Positions 9,569 through 19,825 are shown, numbered from the stretch's first letter. The stretch: 40,724 nucleotides of DNA from Candidatus Sulfobium sp. (GCA_037380845.1 JARRRI010000047.1:1-40724), one strand, 5' to 3'. Numbers and translations are program-made. The notes: generated by a model not told the origin, from the sequence alone.

Positions 9569-10240
9569 ATGGAAAGATTCAACATAATTGTGGAAAAGAG
9601 GGAAGTACAGGGGAAAGGCGCCGCCCGTTCACTCCGGAGGGAAGGGATGGTCCCGGCCGTTCTGTATAGAGAGGGAAGGTCGCAGTCGATCAAACTTTCC
9701 GGGAAGGAACTCGCGAAACTCATCAACACCATAAAGGGTGAACAGGTGATGGTGAACCTGGAGTTTGCCGGAGGAGAACAGAAGCTTGCTCTTCTGAAAG
9801 ACTATCAGGTGGACCCGATAAAGGGTGAACTTCTCCATACCGACTTCTTCGAGGTGTCGCTTACCGAAGAGGTCCGCGTGACCGTGCATGTTGCAACGGC
9901 GGGTGAACCCTTGGGGGTCAAGAGAGACCAGGGTATTCTCCAGCACGTTCTGAGAGAAGTCGAAATCGAGTGCCTTCCCAACAAGATCCCGGGGAGGATG
10001 GAGATCGATATAACCCCGCTGGAGATAGGCCAGGCTGTCCATGTCTCGGACCTGCAATTCGAAGAGGGGATAAAGGTGCTGACCGACCCCGGCGACGTTA
10101 TCGTTACTGTCACCGCGCCGGCCGTTGAAGCGGCGCCTGCGGAGGAAGAGGCCGCCGCAGCGCCGGCCGAAGCCGCCGAGCCTGAAGTCGCAAAGAAGGG
10201 AAAGAAGGAAGAAGAGGAAGCCGAAAAGAAGGAGAAATAA
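9569..10240 (+). CDS. rplY: 50S ribosomal protein L25 / Ctc
   Basis: GKGAARSLRREGMVPAVLY, HTDF, acidic Ala/Glu tail; position between prs and pth. Confidence 0.95.
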   Translation: MERFNIIVEKREVQGKGAARSLRREGMVPAVLYREGRSQSIKLSGKELAKLINTIKGEQVMVNLEFAGGEQKLALLKDYQVDPIKGELLHTDFFEVSLTEEVRVTVHVATAGEPLGVKRDQGILQHVLREVEIECLPNKIPGRMEIDITPLEIGQAVHVSDLQFEEGIKVLTDPGDVIVTVTAPAVEAAPAEEEAAAAPAEAAEPEVAKKGKKEEEEAEKKEK

Positions 10241-10243
10241 TTC

Positions 10244-10828
10244 TTGTGGATTATCGTGGGGCTTGGAAATCCCGGCAACAGGTATTCACGGACACGACAT
10301 AATATCGGGTTCCAGGTCCTGAATGAGCTCGCCAGGAGACGCGGGCTCGAATTCAGGGACAGGACAGATTACCGCATATGCAGCGGCTCCATGGAGGGCG
10401 ATGAGATCGTCCTCGTGGAGCCGTTGACGTTTATGAACAGGAGCGGGGCCGCCGTGAGGAAGGTTGTGGGCAGGTTTTATGCCCCTCCCGAACACATTAT
10501 CGTAGTCCACGACGACCTTGACCTTGAAACCGGGGTGCTGAAGATAAGGCGAAACGGGTCTTCAGGTGGGCACAAGGGGGTGGAGTCCGTCATACAGGGC
10601 CTGGGAACGAGGGAATTTGTCAGGGTCAAGATAGGTATAGGCAGGTCCGGGGTCATCCCGCCCGAAAAGTATGTACTTTCGAAGTTCACCGAGGGGGAAT
10701 TGCCGTCCGTCAGAGCTGCGGTAACAGAAGCGGCGGAATCGGTGCATGTGATCATCGCGGAGGGAGTAGAAAAGGCGATGAACAGATTCAACAGGGGCGG
10801 GAAGGCGGCGCCGGAAAGCGCAAAATAG
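10244..10828 (+). CDS. pth: peptidyl-tRNA hydrolase
   Basis: GLGNPG, TRHNIGF, TFMNRSG, HDDLD, GGHKG; TTG start. Confidence 0.96.
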   Translation: MWIIVGLGNPGNRYSRTRHNIGFQVLNELARRRGLEFRDRTDYRICSGSMEGDEIVLVEPLTFMNRSGAAVRKVVGRFYAPPEHIIVVHDDLDLETGVLKIRRNGSSGGHKGVESVIQGLGTREFVRVKIGIGRSGVIPPEKYVLSKFTEGELPSVRAAVTEAAESVHVIIAEGVEKAMNRFNRGGKAAPESAK

Positions 10829-10853
10829 GCAGGTCCCGAACGCCCGGCCGCCG

Positions 10854-10882
10854 TTGACAAATCAGGCCTGCTGTGATATTTT
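10854..10882 (+). promoter_or_regulatory. sigma70 promoter of the YeeE gene
   Basis: TTGACA (10854-10859), 17 nt ending TGA, TATTTT (10877-10882). Confidence 0.6.
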
Positions 10883-10930
10883 AAACAACTTTTAAGAAAA
10901 CAATAAAATAAAGAGTCGGGAGGGAGAGTT

Positions 10931-11992
10931 ATGGAAAGCGTATCATTGGGGTTTATCGTTTCCGCTTTGTTGGTCGGAGGCGCATTCGGATTCATCCTCC
11001 AAAGAGGAAGGTTCTGCATGAACACCGCCTTCAGGGATACCATATTCATCAAGGACTTCACGATGTTCCGGTCCTATCTGATCGCGCTGTCGGTTATGAT
11101 CATCGGTTCCAATATACTGAATGACGTCGGTATCATCCACCTGAGGGCCCAATCCTTTTTCCCTCTGGCCAATATCATCGGCGGCTTTCTGTTCGGACTG
11201 GGCATGGTGATGGCGGGAGGCTGCGGAAGCGGCATCGTTTACAGGGTGGGTGAAGGTCAGCTGGCCTCCTGGTTTGCGGTCCTGGGTTTCTTCCTCGGAA
11301 TCGGAGCAACCACGCACGGCGTTCTGCATCCGGTCTACGTTCTGCTGCGAAGCGTCAAGATAGGGCAGTCCGGTATGACGCTGCCCGGACTCATAGGAGG
11401 GGGCGAAATCATCAGGTGGGTCGTTATCTTTGTATTGTGCACGATATTCTTCCTTTTCACGCTCAAGAGCAAGCCCTTCGCCCTGAGGAAACAGAAAGGC
11501 TTCTACTGGTCGGTGACCGGCATTCTGGCCGGCCTGGTCGGCGTGATCGCCTTTTGGGCTTCGGAACACTGGGGTTCTCCGGGTTTCGCCAGAGGCCTTA
11601 ATTTCACCACCCCCACGGGAGAACTTTTCTTTACTCTTTTAACCCGCGATGCCCAGTCTCCGGTTTTCTTTCCGAAATACAGCATAGGCCCTTTCCTGAC
11701 GACGTGGGCGGCATTATATATAGTTGCCGTGCCGGTCGGCTCTTTTATAAGCGCCAAGATACTCAAGGAGTTCATATGGAAGGTCGCCCCTGCCAGGGAG
11801 CTTCTCACCGTCCTGGGCGGAAGTCTCATGATGGGATTCGGCGCCGTGACGGGCGGCGGATGTAATATAGGGCAGGCGCTTACTGGATTTTCCACCCTTT
11901 CGATCGGAAGTATCGTGGCCAGCGTTTTCATTATTCTGGGCAACTGGACGATGGTTTATTTCAAGTTCATCAAACCGATGAACGAAATGTAG
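10931..11992 (+). CDS. YeeE/YedE-family sulfur-compound (thiosulfate-type) transporter
   Basis: Polytopic membrane protein with the three family cysteine motifs RGRFC, GGCGSG and GGCNIG. Confidence 0.9.
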   Translation: MESVSLGFIVSALLVGGAFGFILQRGRFCMNTAFRDTIFIKDFTMFRSYLIALSVMIIGSNILNDVGIIHLRAQSFFPLANIIGGFLFGLGMVMAGGCGSGIVYRVGEGQLASWFAVLGFFLGIGATTHGVLHPVYVLLRSVKIGQSGMTLPGLIGGGEIIRWVVIFVLCTIFFLFTLKSKPFALRKQKGFYWSVTGILAGLVGVIAFWASEHWGSPGFARGLNFTTPTGELFFTLLTRDAQSPVFFPKYSIGPFLTTWAALYIVAVPVGSFISAKILKEFIWKVAPARELLTVLGGSLMMGFGAVTGGGCNIGQALTGFSTLSIGSIVASVFIILGNWTMVYFKFIKPMNEM

Positions 11993-12021
11993 CACCGCTT
12001 CTTCAAATAAATGTTCATGGC

Positions 12022-12053
12022 CTGGGGGATGCGTAGCGTCCCTCAGTTTTTTT
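12022..12053 (+). terminator. rho-independent terminator
   Basis: CTGGGGGATGC-GTA-GCGTCCCTCAG 11-bp stem followed by T7. Confidence 0.8.
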
Positions 12054-12198
12054 GGGGGTGTTTTCCGGCTCTTACCGGAAGACAAAATTGATTGAACTAG
12101 CCTGCGCCGGTTTGGGGTGCAAGGGCAATAAGCGCTGCATTCGCCCTTCTGATTCGCCCTTCTGGAAAAAAGACCCGTGTTATTTATAAACTAAAACG

Positions 12199-12429
12199 AT
12201 GACGACGATTGACGCGCGGGAGATTGAATTGCTGGATCTCTTTCTGCAGCTGAAGGACATATTCGCTGCTCAATGCGGGCTCGAGGTCAGCGTCGACGTT
12301 ATCGTAGGAAATTTTCGGGACTCGAAGAAGGTCGCGACCTTTGCCGCCATGTCGGGGTGCCAGACGGAAACGCTCGAGAGAGATGGTTGCTACCTTGTGC
12401 GTATAACCGGCAGCATCTGTTGCGGATGA
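12199..12429 (+). CDS. TusA/SirA-like small protein lacking the CPxP motif, with a C-terminal CCG
   Basis: 76 aa, TIDAR start and YLVRIT end as in the TusA fold; adjacent to YeeE. Confidence 0.6.
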   Translation: MTTIDAREIELLDLFLQLKDIFAAQCGLEVSVDVIVGNFRDSKKVATFAAMSGCQTETLERDGCYLVRITGSICCG

Positions 12430-12462
12430 GGAGAATCAGGAGCAGCAGAGGCAGATACTTTC

Positions 12463-13902
12463 ATGCACAAATCCATTGATCAGGATAATACGGCTGTCAT
12501 ATTGGGCGGAGGGCTCACGGGGCTTTCGGCAGGGTATGTGCTGTCTGACGCCGGTATGGCAGTGAAGGTCTTTGAAAGCGGTCCGACCGTGGGGGGCCTC
12601 TCCAGGACCATTGAAAGCGGCGGGTTTCGTTTCGATCTCGGCGGTCACAGGTTCTTTACCACGGATGAGAGGATCAACGATTTTGTACGGGAACTGATGG
12701 GTGAAGAGCTTATCACCGTGTCCCGCACCAGCAAGATATTCATGAGGGGCAGGTACTTCGATTATCCTCTGAAGCCCCTGAACGCAATGTTCGGTCTGGG
12801 GATACCCGTTACGCTTCGCATATTCGCCGACTACGGTCTGGAAAAGGCAAAGGGTCTGGTAAACAAGAGTGAAGCCGTGTCACTCGAGGACTGGGTGGTT
12901 AACCAGTTCGGCCGCACCATGTTCAACATTTATTTCAAGGGATACAGCGAGAAGGTCTGGGGCATCGGGTGCGACAGGATAAGCGCCGAGTGGGTCGCTC
13001 AGCGCATCAGGGGTCTTTCACTGGCGAAGGCGGTCAAGAACGCCTTTTTTAAATTCAGCGGGAAGGACGTGCCGAGTCTTGTGGACAGGTTCATGTATCC
13101 GAGGCTGGGAATAGGCCGTCTTTCGGACAGGATGAAAGAGGAGATAGACAAGGTGAATCGCGTTTATACCGGAAGCACGGTGGAGCGCATCAACCACAGC
13201 GGATATAACATCGAGAGCATAGTCGTCCGGAGGGGTGACCGGACGGAGACCGTGCCGGGCAGGCATTTTGTATCCAGCATGCCCCTGACCGCGCTGGCCA
13301 GGAGTCTCGATCCGGCCCCGCCTGAGGCCGTTCTGGAAGCTGCGGCGAGGCTAAGGTTCAGAGACCTCGTGGTTGTGGCGGTAATGCTGGACGGGAAACG
13401 GGCCACGGACCAGACGTGGATATACATTCCGGAGCAGAAAATACCCTTCGGGAGGGTCCACGAGCCGACCAACTGGAGCGAGGACATGGCTCCGGCCGGC
13501 AAGACTCTTCTGGTGACGGAATTCTTCAGTTTCAAGGGAGACGAGGTCTGGAGTGCCGACGACGAGACCCTTGCCGGCATGGCAGTGGACAACCTCGGAC
13601 GTCTCGGTTTTATAGATGGTCCGGAGGTCATCGGCAGCAGGGTGGTCAGGGTCCCCAACGCTTACCCCCTGTTTGATGTCGGGTATGGAAGCCACTGTGA
13701 CGAAATACATGACTACCTGCGCGGCTTTGAGAACCTTTATATGGCCGGAAGGTGCGGGATGTTTAAGTATTACAACATGGACCATGCCATAGAATCGGGG
13801 ATCAAGGCCGCCGAAGCCGTCATTAGCGGTGCCACGCGCCCAGAAGGAGGAACTGCAATGGAGACCGTTCTGGCCGGTGACGAACCATGCGCTGCGCGTT
13901 AG
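12463..13902 (+). CDS. FAD-dependent oxidoreductase (protoporphyrinogen oxidase / UDP-galactopyranose mutase-like)
   Basis: GGGLTGL dinucleotide motif, GGLSRT, FDLGGHRF, GRCGMFKYYNMDH. Confidence 0.85.
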   Translation: MHKSIDQDNTAVILGGGLTGLSAGYVLSDAGMAVKVFESGPTVGGLSRTIESGGFRFDLGGHRFFTTDERINDFVRELMGEELITVSRTSKIFMRGRYFDYPLKPLNAMFGLGIPVTLRIFADYGLEKAKGLVNKSEAVSLEDWVVNQFGRTMFNIYFKGYSEKVWGIGCDRISAEWVAQRIRGLSLAKAVKNAFFKFSGKDVPSLVDRFMYPRLGIGRLSDRMKEEIDKVNRVYTGSTVERINHSGYNIESIVVRRGDRTETVPGRHFVSSMPLTALARSLDPAPPEAVLEAAARLRFRDLVVVAVMLDGKRATDQTWIYIPEQKIPFGRVHEPTNWSEDMAPAGKTLLVTEFFSFKGDEVWSADDETLAGMAVDNLGRLGFIDGPEVIGSRVVRVPNAYPLFDVGYGSHCDEIHDYLRGFENLYMAGRCGMFKYYNMDHAIESGIKAAEAVISGATRPEGGTAMETVLAGDEPCAAR

Positions 13903-15329
13903 TCATTCCCTCCTGGGTGCCGGAGGACATTTTCTCTTCAAAGACGGCAAGTTCCCAGATTAACTACTGGCAGCCGCTCGGCACTCTTTACGTGGCCGCC
14001 GTCCTTCAGAGGGCGGGGCACAAAGTGAAATTCTTCAATGGGGCGTTCATGACCCACGAGGCGGTGCTCTCAGGCGTAAGCAGCTTCGAACCGGGGTTTG
14101 TCGGGATTTATTCGACCACCTTCGGCTGGCGGAAGGCTAAAAAGACCGCCGCCGATCTCAGGAGGTCGCTCGGCGGAGAGACCTTCGTTTGCGCCGGCGG
14201 TCCGTATCCCATCGCGGTTCAGGAACGTTGCCTCGAAGATGCGGGGGACTGCATCGATGCGGTGGTGACCGGGGAAGGCGAATTTACCGTCCTCGAGATG
14301 GTGGAGCGCATCGAGGCAGGGAAGTCCTTCGACGGGGTGCCGGGTATCGCCTTTCGGAAAGGGGGCAGGACCGTCAAGAATCCGCCGAGACCTCTGATCT
14401 CCGACCTCGATTCCCTTCCCTTTCCGGCCAGGGAACTCCTTGGCGACGCAAACCTCTACATACCTCCACCCGCTACTTACCGGAGGAAGCCGGTTGCCGT
14501 CCTGATGACCTCCAGGGGTTGCAACAGGAGGTGTATCTACTGTTTCCAGATCGACAAGGACCGGAAAACCGGGATCAGGTACCGCGGTGTAGAGAGCGTC
14601 CTGAGCGAGATAGAACACTGTCTCGGACAGGGTTACCGTGAGATAAAGTTTATCGATGATACGCTTGCGGCGGATTACGGCAGGGCGATGGAGATCGCCG
14701 GGGAAATAAAGGCGAGGCGTCTCGATTTTACCTGGTTTGCCTCCGCCTGCGTCAACCAGGTGGACAGGCCGCTCCTCCGCGCTTTCAAAGACGCCGGCTG
14801 CTGGGCCATACTCTTCGGGGCCGAAAGCGGTGTCCAGAAGAACCTGGCGGCGATCAGGAAGGGGACGACGCCGGAGCAGATCAGAAAGGCGGTGAAGGCC
14901 GCGCAGGAAGTGGGGCTGAAGGTTAGCACGCCGTTCATGTTCGGCATACCCGGCGAGACCTTTGAGGAAGGGCTTCAGACGATCGATTTCGCCGTGGACC
15001 TGGACCCCGACATCGCCAACTTCCACGCTATAACCCCTTTTCCCGGGACATATCTTTACGATAACCTGGACAAGTTCGGGACGATATCGGAGGAACTGAG
15101 CGATTTTACTTACCAGGGAGCGGCGTTCATCCCCCACACCATGACCAGGGAAGAGATCCTGAAGCTCAGGCAGATCGCCTTCCGCCGGTTCTACGGCAGG
15201 CCTTCATTCATGTTGAAGAGCCTGCTGCAGCTGCGCACCCCCCACGATTTTGCCGTCGCCCTCAAGGGCCTGAGAAGCCTCTTCTGGATCGCCGCGAAAA
15301 ACGACGTCTTCAAAAGGTCCGGGGCATAA
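13887..15329 (+). CDS. cobalamin-binding radical SAM protein
   Basis: N-terminal B12-binding domain (PLG..Y..A, GG, GEGE) and SRGCNRRCIYC (CxxxCxxC), FIDD, GAESG. Confidence 0.9.
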   Translation: MRCALVIPSWVPEDIFSSKTASSQINYWQPLGTLYVAAVLQRAGHKVKFFNGAFMTHEAVLSGVSSFEPGFVGIYSTTFGWRKAKKTAADLRRSLGGETFVCAGGPYPIAVQERCLEDAGDCIDAVVTGEGEFTVLEMVERIEAGKSFDGVPGIAFRKGGRTVKNPPRPLISDLDSLPFPARELLGDANLYIPPPATYRRKPVAVLMTSRGCNRRCIYCFQIDKDRKTGIRYRGVESVLSEIEHCLGQGYREIKFIDDTLAADYGRAMEIAGEIKARRLDFTWFASACVNQVDRPLLRAFKDAGCWAILFGAESGVQKNLAAIRKGTTPEQIRKAVKAAQEVGLKVSTPFMFGIPGETFEEGLQTIDFAVDLDPDIANFHAITPFPGTYLYDNLDKFGTISEELSDFTYQGAAFIPHTMTREEILKLRQIAFRRFYGRPSFMLKSLLQLRTPHDFAVALKGLRSLFWIAAKNDVFKRSGA

Positions 15330-15369
15330 CCTGTTTGTCAACGGTATACCGATGTGCTAATTTAGTCAC

Positions 15370-16779
15370 ATGAGAAGAAGGGCAAAGATAATTTGCACAA
15401 TCGGTCCTGCCTCGGTTGAAAAGAAAGTCGTTGGGGGACTTATAAAGAGGGGCATGGATGTTGCTCGCCTGAATTTCTCCCACGGCACACACGCCTTCCA
15501 CGAATCTGCGATAAGGACGATAAGAGAGGAGGCAGAGAGGCACAGGAAAACGGTGGCCGTCATGCTGGACCTGCAGGGCATCAAGATTCGGGTAGGCACG
15601 CTGAAAGGCTCCCGGGTGGAGCTTAAGAGGGGGCAGATGGTGACGATAAGGCATGGAGGGGGGCCGGGCGACCAGGGCACTATCTATATAAAATACCCCC
15701 GCCTTATAGAAGCCTCCGGAGAAGGGCATCGCATATTGCTGAGCGACGGCCTGATAGAACTGCACATAACAGAAAAGGGGAAGGATTATTTGAGGGCGGT
15801 TGTAAAGACCGGCGGCATTTTAAGAGAAAAGAAGGGCGTGAATCTGCCGGGACTCAGGCCTGTCGATGTCTCCTTCACGAAGAAGGACGAGGCTGACCTG
15901 CGATTGGGCATGAGGATGGGAGTTGATTACGTGGCACTCTCGTTCGTGCGCACCAAAAATGACGTGCTCGCTCTCAGGGATTTCCTGTCACGGGAAAAGG
16001 CTGAAAGCCTGCCGGTCATAGCCAAGATAGAGACCCCGCAGGGGATAAAGAACCTGGATGAAATACTGCCCCTGGTGGACGGCATCATGGTGGCAAGGGG
16101 GGACCTGGGGGTGGAGATCCCGCCCGAGAACCTGCCGATGGTGCAGAAATCCCTTATCGAAAAGGCCAACATAGCCGGAAAATTAGTTATAGTGGCTACC
16201 GAGATGCTGGAGTCCATGACGCTGCGTCCGCGGCCGACGAGGGCCGAGACCACCGACGTCTCCAATGCCATACTCGACGGGGCCGACGCAGTCATGCTCT
16301 CTCAGGAGACATCGGTCGGGAATTATCCGCTGGAGGCTCTGGACATGATGGGTAGGATTGTGGAGGAGACCGAGCTCTCACTGCCGATTCACAGCCGTTA
16401 CCGGCAGAAGGGGACCTTTTCGGAGGCCGTGGCTCGTGCCGCGACCGATGCGGCACAGAGCGTGAAGGCCAGGTACATTATAGCCTTCACCCAGTCGGGC
16501 TCCACCGCGAAGTTGATCTCCATGCTCAGGCCCGAAGTGGAAATAATCGCCTTCAGCCCTTCCCGGCGGGTAATGCGCCGGATGGCTCTCTACTGGGGCG
16601 TATTGGCGAGGAGGATACGGAAGCTCAAGAGCATGGACGCACAGTTCAGGGAGGTAGAAAAAGCCCTGTTGTCCGAAAAACTGGCCAGGAAAGGCGATAC
16701 AATAGTCATCACCGCAGGCACCCCCAACGTACAGGGCACGACCCGGCTGATGAAACTGCATGTCATAGGGAGGGAATAA
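15370..16779 (+). CDS. pyk: pyruvate kinase
   Basis: KIICTIGPA, RLNFSHG, DLQG, IAKIE, MVARGDLGVE, RPTRAE, DAVMLS. Confidence 0.96.
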   Translation: MRRRAKIICTIGPASVEKKVVGGLIKRGMDVARLNFSHGTHAFHESAIRTIREEAERHRKTVAVMLDLQGIKIRVGTLKGSRVELKRGQMVTIRHGGGPGDQGTIYIKYPRLIEASGEGHRILLSDGLIELHITEKGKDYLRAVVKTGGILREKKGVNLPGLRPVDVSFTKKDEADLRLGMRMGVDYVALSFVRTKNDVLALRDFLSREKAESLPVIAKIETPQGIKNLDEILPLVDGIMVARGDLGVEIPPENLPMVQKSLIEKANIAGKLVIVATEMLESMTLRPRPTRAETTDVSNAILDGADAVMLSQETSVGNYPLEALDMMGRIVEETELSLPIHSRYRQKGTFSEAVARAATDAAQSVKARYIIAFTQSGSTAKLISMLRPEVEIIAFSPSRRVMRRMALYWGVLARRIRKLKSMDAQFREVEKALLSEKLARKGDTIVITAGTPNVQGTTRLMKLHVIGRE

Positions 16780-16829
16780 GAAGGACGGAAACCGGAGCCT
16801 GCATGAATTGATTCGCCGGGTGGAGCGGT

Positions 16830-17246
16830 TTATTTTTTTATGGTTATGGGCGTGTCCGGTGTCCCGGCGTAGAAGACCAGAATTTCCGCCGTCTTGCCGC
16901 CTTCATTTTTACCATAATGCCACTTGTTCACGACCTCGACTATCGGGTCTCCTGCCTTGAGATGTAATGTTTTGTTATCTTCGGTTACTACGGTCAGTTC
17001 CCCGCTCAGCAGCACGCCGGCATTTATCACCGGATGTTTATGCAGCGGCAGTTTCACCCCGGGTGGTATTTTGATTCTTAGGATGGTTATCTCCGGAGTG
17101 CCCTCCGGATAGTCCGGCAGGCGGCTGCCGTCCCAGCTTGAAGTCGTCTTTGCCAGCGTATCGACCCGCACCGAGTCCATATGGCCCGCCGGGACATTGC
17201 TTGACAATATCAATACAAAACAGATTGCGAAGACCAGCTTTTTCAT
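16830..17246 (-). CDS. exported cupin-domain protein
   Basis: Signal peptide; LPLHKHP...E...WHYG cupin metal motifs. Confidence 0.85.
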   Translation of the reverse strand: MKKLVFAICFVLILSSNVPAGHMDSVRVDTLAKTTSSWDGSRLPDYPEGTPEITILRIKIPPGVKLPLHKHPVINAGVLLSGELTVVTEDNKTLHLKAGDPIVEVVNKWHYGKNEGGKTAEILVFYAGTPDTPITIKK

Positions 17247-17450
17247 TCTTTATCCCTCCCGTTTACAGCTTTTGATCGACACGCCGCATAATCCGGAAAA
17301 CTTTCTGTGTGGAGGACTTTCACCTCTTTTTACTGATTCCACAGCCGGAAACAACATTATACGCAGATGAAGGCTGAAGTTGAACTCTTTCGTCGATGGA
17401 AGAGGGGAAAAGACCGGACAAACCGTCCGTATTGGGGTAAAATATGTACC

Positions 17451-18518
17451 ATGCTCAGGTTCATAAAGAAGAGGTCCGGGAAAAGCGGGCTGCCGCCCGG
17501 GAGCCTTATCCACATCGGGGAAAAGAAGACCGACAGGACGAAGATTGCCGTGATGGATTACGACGATCGGGAAGTGAGGGAAAAAGAAACAGGAGACGTC
17601 GAGGAATGTCTCCTGTTCAGGGACAGCCCGGCCGTCACATGGATCGATGTGGAGGGGATTCACGACACCCGGGTTCTGCAACGACTTGGCGACTGCTACG
17701 GTTTTCATCCCCTTGTCCTGGAAGACATACTCAACACCGACCAGCGGCCCAAGATGGAAGATTATACGGGTTATCTGTTCATTGTCCTTAAAAGGCTGTC
17801 AGCGAACGGGTCGGCAAACGGCATAGCCTCGGAGCAGATAAGTTTCATTCTCGGCCCCAGCTACGTGCTTTCGTTCCAGGAGGGCATGGCAGGCGATATC
17901 TTCGGCCCGACCAGGGAGCGGATAAGGAAGAACGGCGCCAAGCTCAGAAAAATGGGGGCGGACTATCTTGTCTATACGCTGATGGATGCAATAGTGGACA
18001 ACTATTTTACGGTCCTTGAAGCTATGGGAGAAAAAGTGGAGGTGCTCGAAGAAAAGCTGGTTTCGGCCCCGACCGACGAAACACTGAGGGACATCCAGTA
18101 TATGAAAAGAGAGCTTATCTTTCTGAGAAAGTCTGTATGGCCCCTGAGAGAGGTGGTCGGCAGCATGGTAAGGGGCGACTCCCCGCTGATAGGCGAAACG
18201 ACCCGGATTTATCTCAGAGACATCTATGATCATACCATCCACGTCATCGACACCATCGAGACCTTCCGTGACATGATCTCAGGCATGCTGGATATCTATC
18301 TTTCCAGCATGAGCAACCGGATGAACTCCATCATGAAAGTACTTACCATCATAGCCACGATATTCATGCCGCTTACCTTCATTGCCGGCGTGTACGGCAT
18401 GAACTTCAGGTATATGCCGGAACTTTCATGGCGTTACGCCTACCTCTGCTTCTGGGTCGTCAACGTTATTATCGCCGGCTCAATGCTTATTTTTTTCAGA
18501 AAAAAGAAGTGGCTTTAA
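17451..18518 (+). CDS. corA: magnesium/cobalt transporter CorA
   Basis: GLPPG N-terminus, HPLVLEDI, QRPK, GVYGMNF..MPEL. Start set at MLRFIKKRS. Confidence 0.95.
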   Translation: MLRFIKKRSGKSGLPPGSLIHIGEKKTDRTKIAVMDYDDREVREKETGDVEECLLFRDSPAVTWIDVEGIHDTRVLQRLGDCYGFHPLVLEDILNTDQRPKMEDYTGYLFIVLKRLSANGSANGIASEQISFILGPSYVLSFQEGMAGDIFGPTRERIRKNGAKLRKMGADYLVYTLMDAIVDNYFTVLEAMGEKVEVLEEKLVSAPTDETLRDIQYMKRELIFLRKSVWPLREVVGSMVRGDSPLIGETTRIYLRDIYDHTIHVIDTIETFRDMISGMLDIYLSSMSNRMNSIMKVLTIIATIFMPLTFIAGVYGMNFRYMPELSWRYAYLCFWVVNVIIAGSMLIFFRKKKWL

Positions 18519-18561
18519 TACTGCAGGCCTCTTCTTTCCCTGCCGGCTGCCTTTCCCGGTA

Positions 18562-19328
18562 TCAGGAGTGCCTTTGGACCATCGCGTTATTCAACAACCC
18601 GGCACTGAATCCCTGCGGTACCTCGCCGCTGCGCGCATACATGTAAAGTGCGGCCTGAAATATCGCCTGCAGTGCGGACTGGACCAGTGCAAGGCCGATG
18701 AGATAAACCGCCGCCAGGCAAATCACAAAGACCGTCGCCGCCCCGCTGCCGGTCGCAATCCCCAATACTATAAAGAGGAATGCCGGAATCCCAAGGAGAA
18801 AGAAGACCAGGCCGAAGCTGAAATTGCCGATCAGCTGCTCGCCCCAGGTCTTCTTCAGAAGGGCCGTGGATTCTTTTAACGCCGTCAGGGGTTCCTTTTT
18901 TTCGATGATCAAAAAGGGGACCACCAGAAAGCTTGCCACCGTCCAGGCCACTCCGAACAGGGCGGCAACGAATTGTCCCAGCCTTTGCGAGCGGTCTTCG
19001 ATCACGCGAAGGACCAGTCCCACTGTCGGCCTCCTTCCATGCGCATCACGGCACAGGCAACGATCGCCGAGTTGAAAAACACTATCACGAAATAATTGCA
19101 GAAATAAAACAGAAAGAGCGTGGCGTAATACACGACGTGCGAACCGGTGGAAGCATGCTCACCCGGGGGCCGCCAGCTGCCGCTGACGATTAAAGGTACG
19201 GCAAACGATGCCAGCACGACCAGGCAGCAGATACCCGAGATGAGCGGAAAAATCAATATCTCCCTGTCCTTCCGGAGCACCTGCCACGAAGCGCCCATCA
19301 GAGACCAAGTGCCGGAAAATTTACCCAT
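18562..19328 (-). pseudogene. membrane protein (DUF6159-like) broken by a frameshifting internal deletion near 19025
   Basis: Two overlapping ORFs (19328-19002 and 19023-18562) read as N- and C-halves of one polytopic protein; the frame changes between MRMEGG and TVGLVLRVIEDRS. Confidence 0.75.
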
Positions 19329-19360
19329 GGTTTCCTCCTCTCATGCAATTAACAATTTAT

Positions 19361-19825
19361 TCATTCTTTGCCTGTCTCCTCCAGAAGGTCCAGGGTCCTC
19401 GCATCCCGTTCGCCATGGAAATACTTGTCGATGACACGGTCAAATACCGAGGGCGGGTCTGCTACGGACGCGAAAAGGGTCATGGAGGATTTGAGCTTCA
19501 GGTCATCGGGGTAACCGAAGATTTCCGAGACCGATCGTCCCTCGACGGCCAGAACGGATTCAGTGCATTCCAGCAGTCTTTTTCCGAGAACGGGGTGTTT
19601 CAGGTATTGACGGGCTTCCGCCATGCTCTTGATGGCATAATATTGCGACGTCGGGCTGTGGCCCAGTCCGTCAATCTGCGGGAAGATATACCACATCCAG
19701 TGAGTCCGCTTCCGGCCGCTTCCCAACTCCCTCAGGACAGCGTTGTAAACGCCTTCCTGCGCCTTTGTGAAACGGCTCAAGTCAAAGGGATCATTACGAC
19801 CGGCTTCATCGCTTGTTTCTGTCAT
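19361..19825 (-). CDS. DUF1810 family protein
   Basis: DPFDLSRF..AQ, GRKRTHWMWYIFPQ, HPVLG.RL, DDLKLKSSMTLF. Confidence 0.9.
   Translation of the reverse strand: MTETSDEAGRNDPFDLSRFTKAQEGVYNAVLRELGSGRKRTHWMWYIFPQIDGLGHSPTSQYYAIKSMAEARQYLKHPVLGKRLLECTESVLAVEGRSVSEIFGYPDDLKLKSSMTLFASVADPPSVFDRVIDKYFHGERDARTLDLLEETGKE

Noticed and set aside
12139..12164. 13-bp tandem duplication ATTCGCCCTTCTG x2
   Set aside because: Real, but only two units; may be slippage or an excision footprint, and nothing else supports a function.
12427..12465. TGA after CCG is in frame with the downstream oxidoreductase (selenocysteine or readthrough?)
   Set aside because: No SECIS-like hairpin in the purine-rich sequence after the TGA, the downstream gene has its own GAGG RBS, and same-frame placement has a 1-in-3 chance.
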